Shown: in pieces, positions 62,064 to 64,000 of the stretch
Position numbering within the stretch: the stretch's first letter is position 1
Layout of the letters: every line of letters starts with the position of its first letter
The notes under the pieces: generated by a model
Told to the model about the DNA's origin: nothing
The model's input: the letters and a program-made list of their open reading frames with translations, nothing else
Databases searched by the model: none
Made by a program: the position numbers and the translations under genes
From: Ostreococcus lucimarinus
Lineage: Eukaryota
Reading direction: 5' to 3' (one strand)
NCBI GenBank assembly: GCA_000092065.1
Contig: CP000589.1
Length of the DNA stretch: 64,000 nt

Positions 62064-63277
62064 ATGTCGAAGATACCCCGCGACGACGCGCGCGTAATCA
62101 CGTCGATATCCCTCCCGGCACGGAACTCCCGCTCGAGCTCGGGACGAAGGTGCACTGTCGGTGGCGAGGAAAGGATGAGTTTTACCAGGCAAAGGTCATC
62201 GAGCGACGACCGGGACGAGGGAAATCGGACGAGGATTACGAGTATTACGTGCACTACGAACAGTTTAATCGACGGATGGACTCGTGGGTGAGCTTGGGAG
62301 AGATGGATCTGTCGACCTTGGTGGTTGTGGAGAAGACAGAAGACGGGAAGAAGAAGAAGGACGCGCACGAGCCAGACGCCGAGCACGCGGAGTTTGATCC
62401 GAAGGCGTTGCAGGAGCACGAAGAGTTCACCAAGGTTCGTAACATCTTGCAGATCGAACTCGGGAAGCACGAGATGGACACGTGGTATTTCTCACCGTTC
62501 CCACCAGAGTATAACGACTGTCAAAAGTTGTACTTTTGCGAGTACACGTTGCAGTTTTTCAAGCGTAAAGAGCAGCTACAGCGTCACTTGAAGAAGAATG
62601 AGATGCGACACCCGCCCGGGGATGAGATTTACCGCAAAGGCAAGCTGAGCTTTTTCGAGATCGATGGGAAGAAGCACAAGTTGTTTTGTCAAAACTTGTG
62701 TTACTTGGCGAAACTGTTTTTAGATCACAAGACGCTGTACTACGACGTCGACTTGTTTTTGTTCTACGTCTTGATGGAGTGCGACGAACGCGGGTATCAC
62801 ATCGTCGGTTACTTTTCCAAGGAAAAGTGCTCAGAAGAAGGATACAACTTGGCGTGTATCCTCACGTTACCCCCGTACCAGCGAAAGGGTTACGGGAAGC
62901 TGTTGATATCGTTCTCTTACGAGCTGTCCAAGATCGAAGGCAAGGTCGGCACCCCCGAGCGTCCGCTCAGCGATCTCGGTTTGGTATCGTACCGCGGCTA
63001 CTGGACGCGCGAGCTGTTAAAAATTCTCGGCGACGAGTCCAAGCAGTTCCTCTCCATAAAAGACCTGAGCGAGATGACGATGATCAAGACCGAGGACATC
63101 ATCTCCACCCTCCAGCACCTCGGTTTGCTCGCCTACACCAAGGGCGCGTACGTCATCTGCGCTTCGCCCGAGCTCATCGAGAAGCATTTCAAAGCCGCCG
63201 GCAGCGGCGGCGTACCGTGCGATCCCGAAGCGATCATTTGGTCCCCGTACGACCCCGAGCGCGCGAGGGACTTGTAA
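62064..63277 (+). CDS. ESA1: MYST-family histone acetyltransferase (Esa1/HAM/TIP60 type): Tudor-knot chromodomain, C2HC zinc finger, acetyl-CoA-binding core
   Basis: KVHCRWRGKDEFYQAKVIERR...EYYVHYEQFNRRMDSWV; CQKLYFCEYTLQFFKRKEQLQRH; QRKGYGKLLISFSYELSK; near-colinear with Arabidopsis HAM1. No in-frame ATG upstream of the 62150 GTG; a candidate exon ATG at 62064 joined by a 44-nt intron (62094..62137) would give MSKIPRDDAR|LGTKVHCRW. Confidence 0.85.
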
Positions 63278-63355
63278 TTTCACACCTAGCCACGATAGAC
63301 AGAACCTCCGTCGCGCGCGTAACCGCCGCAGTCGGCGCCTCGCGCGCGCTCTCCC

Positions 63356-64000
63356 CATGCGCGACCGCGCGCGCGAGATTCGCCTCGTCACCCTCGGTCT
63401 GTCGCCCCGGGACACGCACGCGAGATGCGTCGACCTCGCGCGCGAGCTCGACGACGCGGTGCGCGACGTGACGGCGCGCATCGACGCCCGCGCGACCGCA
63501 CACGCGAATGCGCTCGCGACGCTTCGACGACGCATCGAACACCTGCGCGCGCGCGTGCGCGACGTCGGGTCGAGCTCGAGCGCGCGGACGGTGATGCACG
63601 CGGCGCGGTACCCGATGGGCGCGCGAAACGGAGACGTGGAACGGATGTTCGGGACGAGCGCGCCGACGACGGCGGCGAGCGCGGCGGAGGACGAAGGCGA
63701 CGCGGAACGGAAAATGATGGAGGAGTTACTGGCGATCGAACGACAGACGGTACATCGAGAGATGACGGCGGAGATGTTTTATGCGAGCGAGACGCGCGAG
63801 AGCGCGAGCGGGCGCGCGCGGGTGGTGAGCGGGCGGGACGGATTGGGGACGTTGCCGGCGAGTTTGGAGAGCTTGAACGAGTGTTTGTTGTTTAATTCCG
63901 ACGTGAATCCGTACGTGGAGTACGCGCTGGTGGATAATTTGATGGACGGTGAGGACGATGGTGGTCGGGGCGATGAAGACGGCGAAGACGAGGGAACGCG
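63356..64000 (+). CDS. 5' part of a gene running off the window: hypothetical coiled-coil/acidic protein
   Basis: Open frame from ATG 63356 to the window end without a stop (MRDRAREIRLVTLGL...EMTAEMFYASE...NPYVEYALVDNLMDGEDD); not in the ORF track because it is unterminated. Confidence 0.3.

Overview
The window is GC-rich (about 64%), gene-dense eukaryotic nuclear DNA, most consistent with a picoprasinophyte green alga (Mamiellophyceae, Micromonas-like). Genes are packed with 30-300 bp intergenic spacers, introns are few and short (about 95-215 nt), and AT-richer islands mark convergent 3' ends. I support about 36 protein-coding genes, most recognisable from motifs in the translated ORFs; they are listed under features. 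No rRNA, convincing tRNA, CRISPR array or transposon was seen, and there are no prokaryotic-style operons or defence islands. The most unusual items are the single-polypeptide ThiF(TcdA)-TatD fusion, a two-repeat Nav/Cav-like channel with a TxSDW / LEDW pore pair, a metazoan-type ADAM (reprolysin plus disintegrin) in an alga, and the DUF285 surface-repeat gene built from 19 near-identical 75-bp units. Several gene starts and splice structures cannot be read from the naive ORF track. Examples are the importin-alpha IBB micro-exons, the RNase J and aldo-keto reductase introns, the MYST acetyltransferase start, and long GC-rich spurious ORFs antisense to real genes. All coordinates were derived by hand-indexing the sequence and may be off by a few nucleotides.
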